Positions 1 through 10,611 of a stretch of DNA of 64,000 bases are shown here, piece by piece. How positions within the stretch are numbered: the stretch's first letter is position 1; every line of letters starts with the position of its first letter. The notes under the pieces were generated by a model. It was not told the origin of the DNA and made no database searches. It worked only from the letters and a program-made list of their open reading frames with translations. Made by a program: the position numbers and the translations under genes. The DNA is from Candidatus Eiseniibacteriota bacterium (GTDB lineage: Bacteria; Eisenbacteria; RBG-16-71-46): positions 992,001 to 1,056,000 of the forward strand of contig CAVZLN010000003.1 of assembly GCA_963776245.1 (NCBI GenBank). The letters run 5' to 3'.

Positions 1-660
1 AACGCGGTCGCCGAGCTGGGCGGGCGGGACACCGTGATCCGCACGCTGCGCACCACGCCACTGGCCGTCTCGCGGGCCGTCGGCCGGTTCAGCCTGCGCG
101 ACATCGAGATCGCGAGTGGCACGCAGACCCGGCCGGAGGGCGACGCGCCGGCGGTCGAGGGCACCACCATCAACGCCGCCTTCATGGACACCGACGGCGC
201 CGAGCTCCAGGCCACCGCCGACGGCATCGCCCGGGCGCTGGCCGAGACCGAGGCGCTCGAGAAGTCGATCAACGCCGCCATCGGCACCGCGACCGGCCCG
301 GACCTCTCCGGGCTGCGCCAGACGCTCAAGGCCATGGACCGCGCGGTGCGCGGGCACCTGGCGCGCCGCGGCCTGGGCGACGCCCCGGCCGAGGACGACG
401 TGTCCGGGGCGCCCAGCCCGGGCTCCGGGGGGGCGGCGCGCGCGGTCGCCGGCGAGATCTCGAGCCGGGAGGACGTCATCCGGGTCCTCGACACCATCTG
501 CGAGTACTATGCGCGGCACGAGCCCTCGAGCCCGCTTCCCATCCTGCTCCAGCGCGCCAAGCGACTGGTGCCGAAGACGTTCGTCGAGATCATCCGCGAC
601 ATCGCGCCCGGCGGCGCATCCGAAGTCGAGACGCTGGCGGGTCTTGACAAGTCTGAATAG
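1..660 (+). CDS. tssA: T6SS protein TssA (ImpA family), 5'-truncated by window edge
   Basis: Frame open from base 1 (NAVAELGGRDTV...). C-terminal ISSREDVIRVLDTICEYYARHEPSSPLPILLQRAKRLV is the TssA motif. Lies directly before tssB. Confidence 0.9.
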   Translation, partial: NAVAELGGRDTVIRTLRTTPLAVSRAVGRFSLRDIEIASGTQTRPEGDAPAVEGTTINAAFMDTDGAELQATADGIARALAETEALEKSINAAIGTATGPDLSGLRQTLKAMDRAVRGHLARRGLGDAPAEDDVSGAPSPGSGGAARAVAGEISSREDVIRVLDTICEYYARHEPSSPLPILLQRAKRLVPKTFVEIIRDIAPGGASEVETLAGLDKSE

Positions 661-673
661 CCGAGAGTATCAA
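644..673 (+). promoter_or_regulatory. Possible internal sigma70-type promoter for tssBC-hcp
   Basis: TTGACA (644-649), 18 nt spacer, TATCAA (668-673), about 100 nt before tssB. Confidence 0.35.
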
Positions 674-772
674 CGCTGAGCCTCTGGAAGCACCGCGTCG
701 CTCGATCATTGGCGGTCCCACGGATCGCTCGTCCTCGCATACGTTGGGGGCGAGGAAGCAAGGAGGTGCGGT

Positions 773-1306
773 TTGGCATCGAAGGCAAGCAGTCAGAAGT
801 TCATCGCCCGCAACCGGGCGCCCCGCGTCCAGATCGAGTACGACGTCGAGCTGTACGGAGCCGAGAAGAAGATCCAGCTGCCGTTCGTGATGGGGGTGTT
901 CTCCGACCTGTCCGGCAAGCCGGCCGAGGAGCTGCCTCCGGTCGACGATCGCAAGGCGCTCATGATCGACGTCGACAACTTCGATGAGCGGCTCAAGGCG
1001 ATGAAGCCGCGGGTCGCGTTCACCGTGCCGAACACCATCACCGGCGAGGGCAATCTCGCGGTGGACATCACGTTCGAGAGCATGGACGACTTCACCCCCG
1101 CCGCCATCGCGAAGAAGGTCGAGGGACTCAAGCAGCTGCTGGAGACGCGCACGCAGCTCGCCAACCTGCTGACCTACATGGATGGCAAGGCCGGCGCCGA
1201 GAAGCTGCTGGCGCAGGTGCTGAACAACCCGGCGCAGTTGCAGGCGCTCGCCTCCGCACCCAAGCCCGCGGACGGCGGTTCGAGCGAGGAGCCCAGCAAT
1301 GGCTGA
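773..1306 (+). CDS. tssB: T6SS contractile sheath small subunit TssB
   Basis: SSQKFIARNRAPRVQIEYDVELYGAEKKIQLPFVMGV signature; AGGAGG RBS before a TTG start. Confidence 0.97.
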   Translation: MASKASSQKFIARNRAPRVQIEYDVELYGAEKKIQLPFVMGVFSDLSGKPAEELPPVDDRKALMIDVDNFDERLKAMKPRVAFTVPNTITGEGNLAVDITFESMDDFTPAAIAKKVEGLKQLLETRTQLANLLTYMDGKAGAEKLLAQVLNNPAQLQALASAPKPADGGSSEEPSNG

Positions 1307-2793
1307 AAAGGAAGCCCTTTCCCAGCTGGCGCAGGGCCAGACGGTCGAGGCCGGCGAGTTCGCGACCCTGCTGAAGAAGAACTTCAAGCCCAAGAGCGAC
1401 CGGCAGCAGGAGGCCGTCGAGGGCGCCGTGTCCACGCTGGCGCAGGTGGCGATGCAGAACGCGACCCTCATCTCCGACGACGCGATCCGGTCGATCGAGG
1501 CGATGATCGCGGAGCTGGATCGCAAGCTGACCCAGCAGGTCAACCTGATCCTGCACCACGATGACTTCCAGAGGCTCGAGAGCGCGTGGCGCGGCCTGAG
1601 CTACCTCGTCAACAATTCCGAGACCGACGAGATGCTCAAGATCCGGGTGCTGAACATCAACAAGACTGGAGCTCGGCAAGACGCTCAAGAAGTTCAAGGG
1701 CACGGCCTGGGACCAGAGCCCGATCTTCAAGAAGATGTACGAGGAAGAGTACGGCATGTTCGGAGGCGAGCCCTACGGCTGCATCGTGGGCGACTATTAC
1801 TTCGACGCCACCTCGCCCCCCGATGTCGAGCTGCTGGGCGAGATGGCCAAGGTCTCGTCCGCCGCGCACTGCCCGTTCATCTCCGCCGCCGCGCCCGGCG
1901 CGCTCTCCATGGACAGCTGGCAGGAGCTGAGCAATCCGCGCGACCTGGCCAAGATCCAGGGCACGCCGGAGTTCGCGGGCTGGCGGTCGCTGCGCGAATC
2001 GGAGGATTCGCGCTACATCGGGCTCGCGATGCCGCGCTTCCTGTCGCGGCTGCCCTACGGCTCGAAGACCAACCCGGTCGAGGAGTTCGCGTTCGAGGAG
2101 GACACCGACGGCTCCAAGCACGAGAAGTACAACTGGGCCAACTCGGCGTACGCGATGGCCACGAACATCAACCGCTCGTTCAAGCTCTACGGCTGGTGCT
2201 CGAACATCCGCGGCATCGAATCGGGTGGCGCGGTCGAGGGGCTTCCGGTGCACACGTTCCCGACCGACGATGGCGGCGTGGACATGAAGTGCCCGACCGA
2301 GATCGCGATCGGCGACCGCCGCGAGGCGGAGCTGGCGAACCTGGGGTTCATGCCGCTGCTGCACCGCAAGAACTCCGACTTCGCGGCCTTCATCGGTGCC
2401 AACTCGCTGCAGAAGCCGACCGAGTACGACGATGCGGACGCCTCGGCCAATGCCAAGCTCGCGTCGCGGCTGCCGTACCTGTTCGCCGCCAACCGGTTCG
2501 CTCACTACCTCAAGTGCATCGTGCGCGACAAGATCGGCTCGTTCAAGGAGCGCGCGGACATGGAGGCGTGGCTGAACAGCTGGATCAGCCAGTACGTCCT
2601 CAAGGCCACCGCCGGGGTCACGGACATCGACAAGGCCCGCCAGCCGCTGGCGGGAGCCGAGGTCGTGGTCGAGGCGGTGGAAGGCAACCCGGGCTACTAC
2701 ACGTCGAAGTTCTTCCTGCGCCCGCACTATCAGCTGGAAGGGCTCACCGTCTCGCTCCGGCTGGTGTCCAAGCTGCCGTCCCAGAAGAAGTAG
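1299..2793 (+). CDS. tssC: T6SS contractile sheath large subunit TssC (one frameshift at ~1666)
   Basis: N-part ...[22 protein letters not shown]...KIRVLNINK joins [29 protein letters not shown]...[21 protein letters not shown] after removing one base in aagactggag. Confidence 0.96.
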
Positions 2794-2884
2794 GTCCAGC
2801 GACCCGACGAATCCAGGCGACCCCGAACGGTCACCACGCGGCCGGACGCGACTCGCGTGTGGCCGCCAGTGAAAGGAGTCTCAA

Positions 2885-3364
2885 GTGATCTTCCTCAAGT
2901 TCGCGACCGAGATCAAAGGCGAGGTGGCCGAAGCGGGACACGAGGGCTGGATCAATCTGGACAGCATCCAGATGGGCGTCGGCCGCTCGATCACGACGGC
3001 GGGCGGCGGCGGGGACCGGGAGACCAGCAACCCGTCGTTCTCCGAGGTGACCTGCACGCGCCAGACCGACAAGGCCTCGCCCGAGCTGTTCATGCAGGCG
3101 ATCGCGGGCAAGACCCTCGGCCTGGCGACCGTGCACTTCGTGCAGGTCGGCGGCGTCGACAAGAAGCAGACCTACCTCACCTTCGAGCTCGACGAGGCCA
3201 TGATCAGCAGCTACAGCACGTCGAGCGGCGGCGACAAGCCGAGCGAGTCGTTCTCGATCAATTTCGTCAAGATCACGATGCAGTACGACTCGTTCGTCAA
3301 GGGCGGCACGGTGTCCAAGGGGACGCCCCAGAAGTGGGACATGATCAAGGGCGCGAAGTACTGA
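2885..3364 (+). CDS. hcp: T6SS tube protein Hcp (TssD)
   Basis: 159 aa; IFLK...IKGE...HEGWI, DKASPELF, PSESFSINFVKITMQY...WDM; AAGGAG RBS. Confidence 0.95.
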   Translation: MIFLKFATEIKGEVAEAGHEGWINLDSIQMGVGRSITTAGGGGDRETSNPSFSEVTCTRQTDKASPELFMQAIAGKTLGLATVHFVQVGGVDKKQTYLTFELDEAMISSYSTSSGGDKPSESFSINFVKITMQYDSFVKGGTVSKGTPQKWDMIKGAKY

Positions 3365-3380
3365 TCCACGGAAGTCGTGC

Positions 3381-3411
3381 GGGCGGCGCTCCGTTGCGGG
3401 GCGCCGCCTCG
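3381..3411 (+). terminator. GC stem-loop after hcp (partial terminator or mRNA stabiliser)
   Basis: GGCGGCGCTCCG-TTG-CGGGGCGCCGCC inverted repeat just after the hcp stop; weak U tract. Confidence 0.45.
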
Positions 3412-3457
3412 TTCCGGCGCCGCCCGGTTCCCGCGGGCGGCGACCCAGAGGGGCGTC

Positions 3458-4309
3458 ATGTCCGCTGAGTTCTCGCTGCGCGATCGGCCCCTGGCGGAGA
3501 CGCTCGCGGCGCTCCAGCAGCAGGTCCGCACCCAGCCTTCCGACGCCAAGCTGCGCACGTTCCTGTTCCAGCTGCTCGCCGTGCTGGGCCAGTGGGACCG
3601 CGCGCTCGGGCAGCTCAACGTCGCCGGCGAGCTGGATCCGCTCGCCATGGCCATGGTGCAGACCTACCGCGAGGCGCTGCGCTGCGAGGTGCTCCGCGCC
3701 GCCGTGTTCGCGGGGGAGCACACCCCGGTCGTCTTCGGCGAGCCGGGGCCGTGGATGGCCCCGCTCCTGGAGGCGCTGCGGCACGTGGGCGAGGGCCGCG
3801 CCGACCAGGCTCGCGCGCTGCGCGAGCAGGCGTTCGAACAGGCGCCCGCGACCCCCGGCCGGCTGTGGCGTCATCCGGAGAAGGCGGGCGATCCCCTGGG
3901 AGAGGGCGAGGCGCTCGGCTGGGTGGCCGACGCGGACACGCGGCTCGGTCCGGTGTGCGAGGCGATCGTGAACGGCCGTTACTGGTGGGTCCCGTTCCAG
4001 CACGTGCGCCGCATCGATCTCGAGGCCCCGACCGACCTGCGCGACCTGGTCTGGACCCCCGCGCACTTCGAATGGCGCAACGGCGGCGAGATGGTGGGCT
4101 TCGTGCCCACCCGCTACCCCGGGTCCGAGGCGAGCGACGAGGACGCGATCCGCAAGGCGTCGCGCACCGACTGGCGCGACCTGGGCGGGGACACGTGGGT
4201 CGGGCTCGGACAGCGGCTGCTGGCCACCGACGTCGGCGAGGTCCCGCTGCTCGAAGTGCGCCGCATCGTGTTCGACGTGCCGGAGGGGGGCGAGAGCGCC
4301 GGTGGCTGA
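3458..4309 (+). CDS. tagJ: T6SS accessory protein TagJ (ImpE/SciE family)
   Basis: LRTFLFQLLAVLGQWDRALGQL, WVADADTRLGPVCE, PTDLRDLVWTP, VPTRYPGS, GLGQRLLATD. Start at ATG 3458 after GAGGG. Confidence 0.93.
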   Translation: MSAEFSLRDRPLAETLAALQQQVRTQPSDAKLRTFLFQLLAVLGQWDRALGQLNVAGELDPLAMAMVQTYREALRCEVLRAAVFAGEHTPVVFGEPGPWMAPLLEALRHVGEGRADQARALREQAFEQAPATPGRLWRHPEKAGDPLGEGEALGWVADADTRLGPVCEAIVNGRYWWVPFQHVRRIDLEAPTDLRDLVWTPAHFEWRNGGEMVGFVPTRYPGSEASDEDAIRKASRTDWRDLGGDTWVGLGQRLLATDVGEVPLLEVRRIVFDVPEGGESAGG

Positions 4310-4814
4310 ACTCACGCCGCAGGAGCGGCTGCAGCCCGCGCTGCTCGACCGGCTCACGGACGACGAACCCGACACCAAGGTGGAGGCGCGGGACCGGCGG
4401 GTGCTGTCCCTGCGGAGGCTGCGCGAGAGCGTGCTGCGGGACATCGCCTGGCTGCTCAACACGGGCAACCTCGAACAGCTCGAGGACCTCGCCGACTTCC
4501 CGGAGGTCACCCGGTCGACGCTCAACTACGGCCTGCGCGACCTCTCGGGGCTCACGCTCTCGCAGGCCAAGCTCGGCGAGCTGGAGCGGACCGTGCGACG
4601 GGCCATCCTGGACTTCGAGCCGCGCGTGATCCCGGCGACCCTCAAGGTGCGCGCGGTGGGGGCCGCGGACCAGATGAACCGCCACGCGCTGTCCTTCCAG
4701 ATCGAGGGCGACCTCTGGGCGCAACCCGTGCCGCTCCACCTGCTGCTGCGCAGCGACATCGATCTCGAGTCCGGCGACCTCAGCATCACCGAGGCGCCCG
4801 AATCGCGGCGCTAG
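4302..4814 (+). CDS. tssE: T6SS baseplate subunit TssE (gp25-like)
   Basis: MAELTPQERLQPALLDRLTDDEP, RDIAWLLNT, LNYGL, FEPRV. Confidence 0.96.
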   Translation: MAELTPQERLQPALLDRLTDDEPDTKVEARDRRVLSLRRLRESVLRDIAWLLNTGNLEQLEDLADFPEVTRSTLNYGLRDLSGLTLSQAKLGELERTVRRAILDFEPRVIPATLKVRAVGAADQMNRHALSFQIEGDLWAQPVPLHLLLRSDIDLESGDLSITEAPESRR

Positions 4815-4833
4815 CCCGTCCCGGAGAGCCGGC

Positions 4834-6722
4834 ATGAAACGCAAACTGCTCGAGTACTACAACCGCGAGCTCCAGTTCATGCGGGACATGGGCGGTGAGT
4901 TCGCGCGCGCCAATCCCAAGATCGCCGCCCGCCTGTCGCTCGACGAGTTCGAGTGCGCCGATCCGTACGTGGAGCGCCTGCTCGAGGGCTTCGCCTTCCT
5001 CGCCGCGCGCATGCAGCTGAAGCTCGACGCCGAGTTCCCGCGCTTCACGCAGCACCTGTTCGAGACGGTGTACCCGGGCTACCTCGCGCCGCTCCCGTCC
5101 ATGGCGGTGGTGCAGTTCGAGCCGGACCCGGGCGAGGGCTCGCTGGCCTCGGCGGCTGCTCGTGCCCCGGCGGAGCGCGCTGCGCGGCGTGCTGCCGCAG
5201 GGGCGAGCAGACGCCGTGCGAGTACCGCACCGCGCACGACGTGAGGCTGTGGCCCATCGAGCTCACCGAGGCCGAGTACTTCCACTTCTCGGGAGCGGCC
5301 GCGTCGCTGAACCTGCCCTCCGGCCTCGACGACCGGAAGCTCAAGGCCGCGCTGCGCATCCGCCTGCGCACCACCGGGGGCCTGCGCTTCCACGAGCTGC
5401 CGCTCGGGGAGCTGCCGGTGTTCCTGCGCGCCGGCGAGGAGCGCGCGATGCGGCTGTACGAGCAGGTGCTGGCGAACGCCCGCGCCGTGGTGCTACGGCC
5501 GGTGGGCGGGCAGGACCCGTGGCACGAGGTGCTGGACGCCGGCTCGGTCCGCCGGGTCGGCTTCGACGAGGAGGAGGCGCTGCTGCCCGCGGGGCCGCGG
5601 GGCTTCAGCGGCTACGCCCTGCTGCGCGAGTACTTCGCGCTGCCGGCGCGCTTCCTGTTCGTCGAGCTGACCGGCCTGAAGCCCGGGGTGCAACGCTGCC
5701 GGGGCAGCGAGCTCGAGATCGTCGTGCTGTTCGACCGCTTCGACCCTTCGCTGGAGGGCAGCACCGGCGCGTCCGACTTCGCGCTCTACTGCACGCCGGT
5801 CGTGAACCTGTTCCCGCGCCGCGCGGAGCGCATCACGCTGTCCGACCGGGACACCGAATCGCTGGTGGTGGCGGATCGCACGCGAGCGCTGGACTTCGAG
5901 ATCGTGCGACGTGCTCAAGGTCGAGGGCTACGGCGCCGGCGGCGAGCGCGAGCAGGAGTTCCTGCCGTTCTACTCCACCGTGGACGCGCGGCGCCGCGAG
6001 GAGCAGCGCGCGTTCTTCTCGCTGCGGCGGACGCAACGCCTGCTGTCCGAGCGCGAGAACCGGGCCGGGGCGCGTTCGAGCTACCTCGGCAGCGAGGTCT
6101 ACCTCTCGCTGGTGGACGCCAACGAGGCGCCGTACGCCTCGGACCTGCGCGAGCTCGCCCTGCAGGTGCTGTGCACGAACCGCGACCTGCCGTTCGAGCA
6201 GCCGGTGGGCGCGGGGCGCACGGACTTCACCAGCCTCACGGGCGCGCCGGTGCGCTCGATCCGCTGCGTGGCGGGGCCGACGCCGCCGCGCCCGTCGCCG
6301 GCCGAGGGTGAGCTGGCGTGGAAGCTCATCAGCCACCTGTCGCTGAACTATCTGTCCCTGACCGACCTCGACGAGCGCCAGGGCGCCGCCTCGTTGCGCG
6401 AACTGCTCGCGCTCTACGCCGACCTCGGTGACCCCGCGACCGTGCGGCAGATCGAGGGCCTGCGCAGCGTGACCACCCGGCCCACGCTCCGCCGATCGTG
6501 AGCGGCAGCCAGCTCAACTACGTGCGGGGCCTCGAGGTCTCGGTCACGTTCGACGAGAGCGCGTTCCACGGCTCGGGCGCGTTCCTGCTGGGCGCGGTGC
6601 TCGAGCAGTTCTTCGCGCGCTACGTCTCGCTCAATTCCTTCACCGAGACCGCGGTGTGCACGCTCGAACGCGGCGAGATCAAACGATGGCCGGCGAGAAT
6701 CGGGACCCGGGCGCTCCTGTAG
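4834..6722 (+). CDS. tssF: T6SS baseplate subunit TssF (frameshifts at ~5150, ~5203, ~5905, ~6495)
   Basis: LLEYYNRELQFMR...DPYVERLLEGFAFL; GYALLREYFALP; LYCTPVVNLF; LAWKLISHLSLNYLSL; FLLGAVLEQFFARYVSLNSFTE. These pieces lie in successive frames. Confidence 0.94.
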
Positions 6723-7753
6723 CCCTCGGCGACGCGCTCGCCCAGGAGCCCTGGAAGTTCCACTTCTTCCAGGCGCTGCGGCGGCTCGAGTGCGCCCACG
6801 GCGACCGCCCCCGGCTCGGGGAGTCCGTGCGCGCCGATGCCGACCGGGTGCGGCTCGGCCAGGACGCCTCGATGGCGTTCCCGCCCTCGATGGTCTCCGG
6901 GTTCGAGGCCCCGGGCGAGGGTCTGCCACCGCGGCTGGCGGTGTTCTTCCTCGGGCTCTTCGGTCCCAACGGGCCGCTGCCGCTCCACCTCACCGAGTAC
7001 GCCTACGACCGCCAGCACAACGCGCACGATCCCACGCTGTCGCGCTTCGCCGACATGTTCCACCATCGCGCGCTCAGCCTGTTCTACCGCGCGTGGGCCA
7101 ACGCGCAGCCCCACGTGGAATACGACCGGCCCGCCGCGGATCGCTACTCGCTCTACCTGGGTGCGCTGATCGGAAACGGGCTCGGGACGCTGCGCGACCG
7201 CGACGCGCTGCCGGACTCGTTCCGACTGCACCACGCGGGGCACCTCGCCGGGCGCACGCGCCCTCCCGAAGTGCTCGCGTCGATGCTCGCCGACTACCTG
7301 CGCGTCCCGGCGCGCGTGGAGGAGTTCCGCGGGCACTGGATGCGGCTGCCGCGGGGGTTCCTGTGCCACCTCGGCGAATCGGCCGACACCGGGCGCCTCG
7401 GCGTCAGCGCCACCGTCGGCGAGCGGGCGTGGGACGTGCAGGGCCGCTTCCGCGTCGTGCTCGGCCCGGTGGACTACGCCACCTTCCAGCGCTTCCTGCC
7501 CGGGGGCGCGAGCCTCGAACGCGTGAACGCGCTGGTGCGCAGTTTCATCGACCGCGAATTCGAGTGGGACATGCAGGTCGTCCTGCTCCAGGATGAGGTT
7601 CCCGGTGTCCGGTTGGGGGAGTCCGGGTGGCTGGGCTGGACGAGCTGGTTGCTCGCCGGGACCGCGACCGAGGATGCCGACGACTACGTGATCGTACCTG
7701 AACTCGTCTCGCCGCCGGCGCGTGCCCGCTCCGGGAACGCCGCGAGCGACTGA
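6686..7753 (+). CDS. tssG: T6SS baseplate subunit TssG
   Basis: FHFFQALRRLE, FLGLFGPNGPLPLHLTEY, FADMFHHRALSLFYRAW, LGWTSWL; start overlaps the tssF end as is typical. Confidence 0.96.
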   Translation: MAGENRDPGAPVALGDALAQEPWKFHFFQALRRLECAHGDRPRLGESVRADADRVRLGQDASMAFPPSMVSGFEAPGEGLPPRLAVFFLGLFGPNGPLPLHLTEYAYDRQHNAHDPTLSRFADMFHHRALSLFYRAWANAQPHVEYDRPAADRYSLYLGALIGNGLGTLRDRDALPDSFRLHHAGHLAGRTRPPEVLASMLADYLRVPARVEEFRGHWMRLPRGFLCHLGESADTGRLGVSATVGERAWDVQGRFRVVLGPVDYATFQRFLPGGASLERVNALVRSFIDREFEWDMQVVLLQDEVPGVRLGESGWLGWTSWLLAGTATEDADDYVIVPELVSPPARARSGNAASD

Positions 7754-7771
7754 TCGTGAGGAGCCCCGCGC

Positions 7772-10508
7772 ATGGCTGAGATCGGACGTGCCGCACTGTT
7801 CGGCAAGCTGAACCCCATCGGATACCGGGCGATCGAAGCCGCCACCGTGTTCTGCAAGATGCGCGGCAACCCCTACGTGGAGCTGGTGCACTGGGTGCAC
7901 CAGATCCTGCAGCTGCAGGACTCCGACCTGCATCGCATCATCCGGCAGTTCAACCTCAACCCCTCGAACGTCGCGCGCGACCTCACCGAGGCGCTCGACC
8001 GCCTGCCCCGCGGCGCCAGCACGATCTCCGACCTCGGCTCCAGCGTCGAGGAATCCATCGAGCGCGGCTGGGTCTACGGCACGCTCATGTTCGGCGAGTC
8101 CCAGGTGCGCACCGGGCACCTGTCGTGGTGGGCATCCTCAAGACCCGCGGCCTGCGCAGCGTGCTGCACGGGATCTCCAAGGAGTTCGAGAAGGTCTCGG
8201 TGGACACGCTCACCGAGCGCTGGGCGGAGTTCGTCGGAGGCTCGCCCGAGGAGAACCTGCGGGCCAGCGACGGCTTCGAGGCCGGCGCCGCGACCGGCGG
8301 GACCGGCGGCGAGCCGGCGCCGGCCGCGATGGGCAAGCAGGAGGCGCTCAAGAAGTTCTCCGTCGACCTCACCGAGCGCGCGCGCAAGGGCGAGATCGAC
8401 CCGATCGTCGGCCGCGACGAGGAGATCCGCCAGATCGTCGACATCCTGATGCGCCGGCGCCAGAACAACCCGATCCTCACCGGCGAGGCGGGGGTGGGGA
8501 AGACCGCGGTGGTCGAGGGCTTCGCGCAGCGCATCGTCCGCGGCGACGTGCCGCCCTCGCTCCAGGAGGTCACCGCTGCGCTCGCTCGACGTCGGCCTGC
8601 TGCAGGCCGGGGCGAGCATGAAGGGCGAGTTCGAGAACCGGCTGCGCCAGGTGATCGACGAGGTCCAGTCGTCGCCCACGCCCATCATCCTGTTCGTCGA
8701 CGAGGCGCACACCCTGATCGGCGCGGGCGGCTCGGCCGGCACCGGGCGACGCCGCCAACCTGCTCAAGCCCGCGCTGGCGCGCGGCACCCTGCGCACCGT
8801 CGCCGCCACCACGTGGGCCGAGTACAAGAAGTACATCGAGAAGGACCCCGCGCTCACGCGGCGGTTCCAGGTGGTGCAGGTCGACGAGCCGAGCGAGGAG
8901 AAGGCCATCCTCATGATGCGCGGCGTGGCCTCGACCCTCGAGAAGCACCACCGCGTCCAGCTGCTCGACGCGGCCATCGAGGCCGCGGTGCGCCTCTCGC
9001 ATCGCTACATCCCGGCGCGCCAGCTCCCCGACAAGTCGGTGAGCCTGCTGGACACCGCGTGCGCGCGGGTGGCGATCAGCCAGCACGCGATGCCGGCGGA
9101 GGTCGACGACTCGCGGCGGCGCATCGAGGCGCTCGAGACCGAGCTCGAGATCATCGGACGCGAGCAGACCATCGGGCTCGGCGTCGGGAGCCGCGAGACC
9201 GACGCGCGCGCGCAACTCGAGACCGAGCGCGCGCGGCTCGCGGCGCTCGAGGAGCGCTGGAAGCGCGAGAAGGACCTGGTCGACCGGATGCTCGCGCTGC
9301 GCGCGCGGCTGCGCGGGGTGACCGGGACGGTCGAGACCACCGGGAGCCCGCTCGAGCAGGCGGCGCAGCGCGCCGCGGAGGCCGCGGACGCGCCGCCCCC
9401 GGCGCTCACGCCCGCCGAGCGCGAGGCCGCGCTGGCGGAGCTGGCGGGCGTCATGGCGGAGCTCGCCGGACTGCAGGGCGAGACCCCGCTCATCCTGCCG
9501 AGCGTGGACGAGCAGGCGGTGGCCTCGGTGGTGCAGGACTGGACCGGCATCCCGGTCGGCCGCATGGTGAAGAACGAGATCGAATCCGTGCTGCGGCTGG
9601 CCGAGAGCCTCGGCCAGCGCATCATCGGCCAGGACCACGCGATGCGCATGATCGCGCGCCGCATCCAGACCTCGCGCGCCAAGCTCGACAATCCCAACAA
9701 GCCGATCGGCGTGTTCATGCTCGCGGGCACCTCGGGGGTCGGCAAGACCGAGACCGCGCTGGCGCTCGCCGAGTCGCTGTACGGCGGCGAGCAGAACCTC
9801 ATCACCATCAACATGAGCGAGTTCCAGGAGGCGCACACGGTCTCCACGCTCAAGGGCGCGCCCCCCGGATACGTCGGCTACGGGGAGGGCGGGGTGCTCA
9901 CCGAGGCGGTGCGACGCCGGCCCTACAGCGTGGTGCTGCTCGACGAGGTCGAGAAGGCCCATCCCGACGTGCACGAGATCTTCTTCCAGGTGTTCGACAA
10001 GGGCTGGATGGAGGACGGCGAGGGCCGGGTCATCGACTTCAAGAACACGCTGATCCTGCTCACCACCAACGCCGGCACCGACCTGATCGCCGGCCTGTGC
10101 AAGGACCCCGAGCTCATGCCCGATCCCGAGGGCATCGCCAAGGCGCTCCGCGAGCCGCTGCTCAAGGTGTTCCCCCCGGCGCTGCTGGGCCGGCTGGTGG
10201 TCATCCCGTACTACCCGCTCAGCGACGAGATGATCGGCCGCATCGCGCGGCTGCAGCTGGGGCGCATCCAGAAGCGGGTCGCCGCCCAGCACAAGCTGCC
10301 GTTCTCGTACGCCGACGAGGCCGTCCAGCTCATCGTCAGCCGGTGCACCGAGCTCGAGAGCGGCGGGCGCATGATCGATGCCATCCTCACCAACACGGTG
10401 CTGCCGGCGATCAGCGAGGAGTACCTCCGGCGCACCATGGAAGGGCACGCCATGTCCCGGGTCCACGTGAAGGTCGAGGCCGGGGAGTTCGCCTACGACT
10501 TCGACTGA
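7772..10508 (+). CDS. tssH: T6SS AAA+ ATPase TssH/ClpV (frameshifts at ~8123, ~8572, ~8745)
   Basis: N-term LFGKLN...[11 protein letters not shown]; Walker A GEAGVGKT and [39 protein letters not shown]. Confidence 0.96.
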
Positions 10509-10536
10509 GCGATCCCGGGCGCCGGCCGCGGGCGGC

Positions 10537-10565
10537 TTGGACGCGAAGGACGGTCGGTCTATGCT
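10537..10565 (+). promoter_or_regulatory. Putative sigma70-type promoter for the TPR/CsgG operon
   Basis: TTGGAC (10537-10542), 17 nt spacer, TATGCT (10560-10565); AGGAGG RBS before ATG 10612. Confidence 0.45.
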
Positions 10566-10611
10566 TGATGTACCCGTGTCTCCGCCCGACATCCCCTCAG
10601 GAGGAAACCCG

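Noticed and set aside
1299..10508. Calling tssC, tssF and tssH pseudogenes or programmed frameshifts
   Set aside because: Same indel type occurs in housekeeping genes (GSIII, rhomboid), no slippery heptamers were seen and motifs are intact; sequencing error is more parsimonious.
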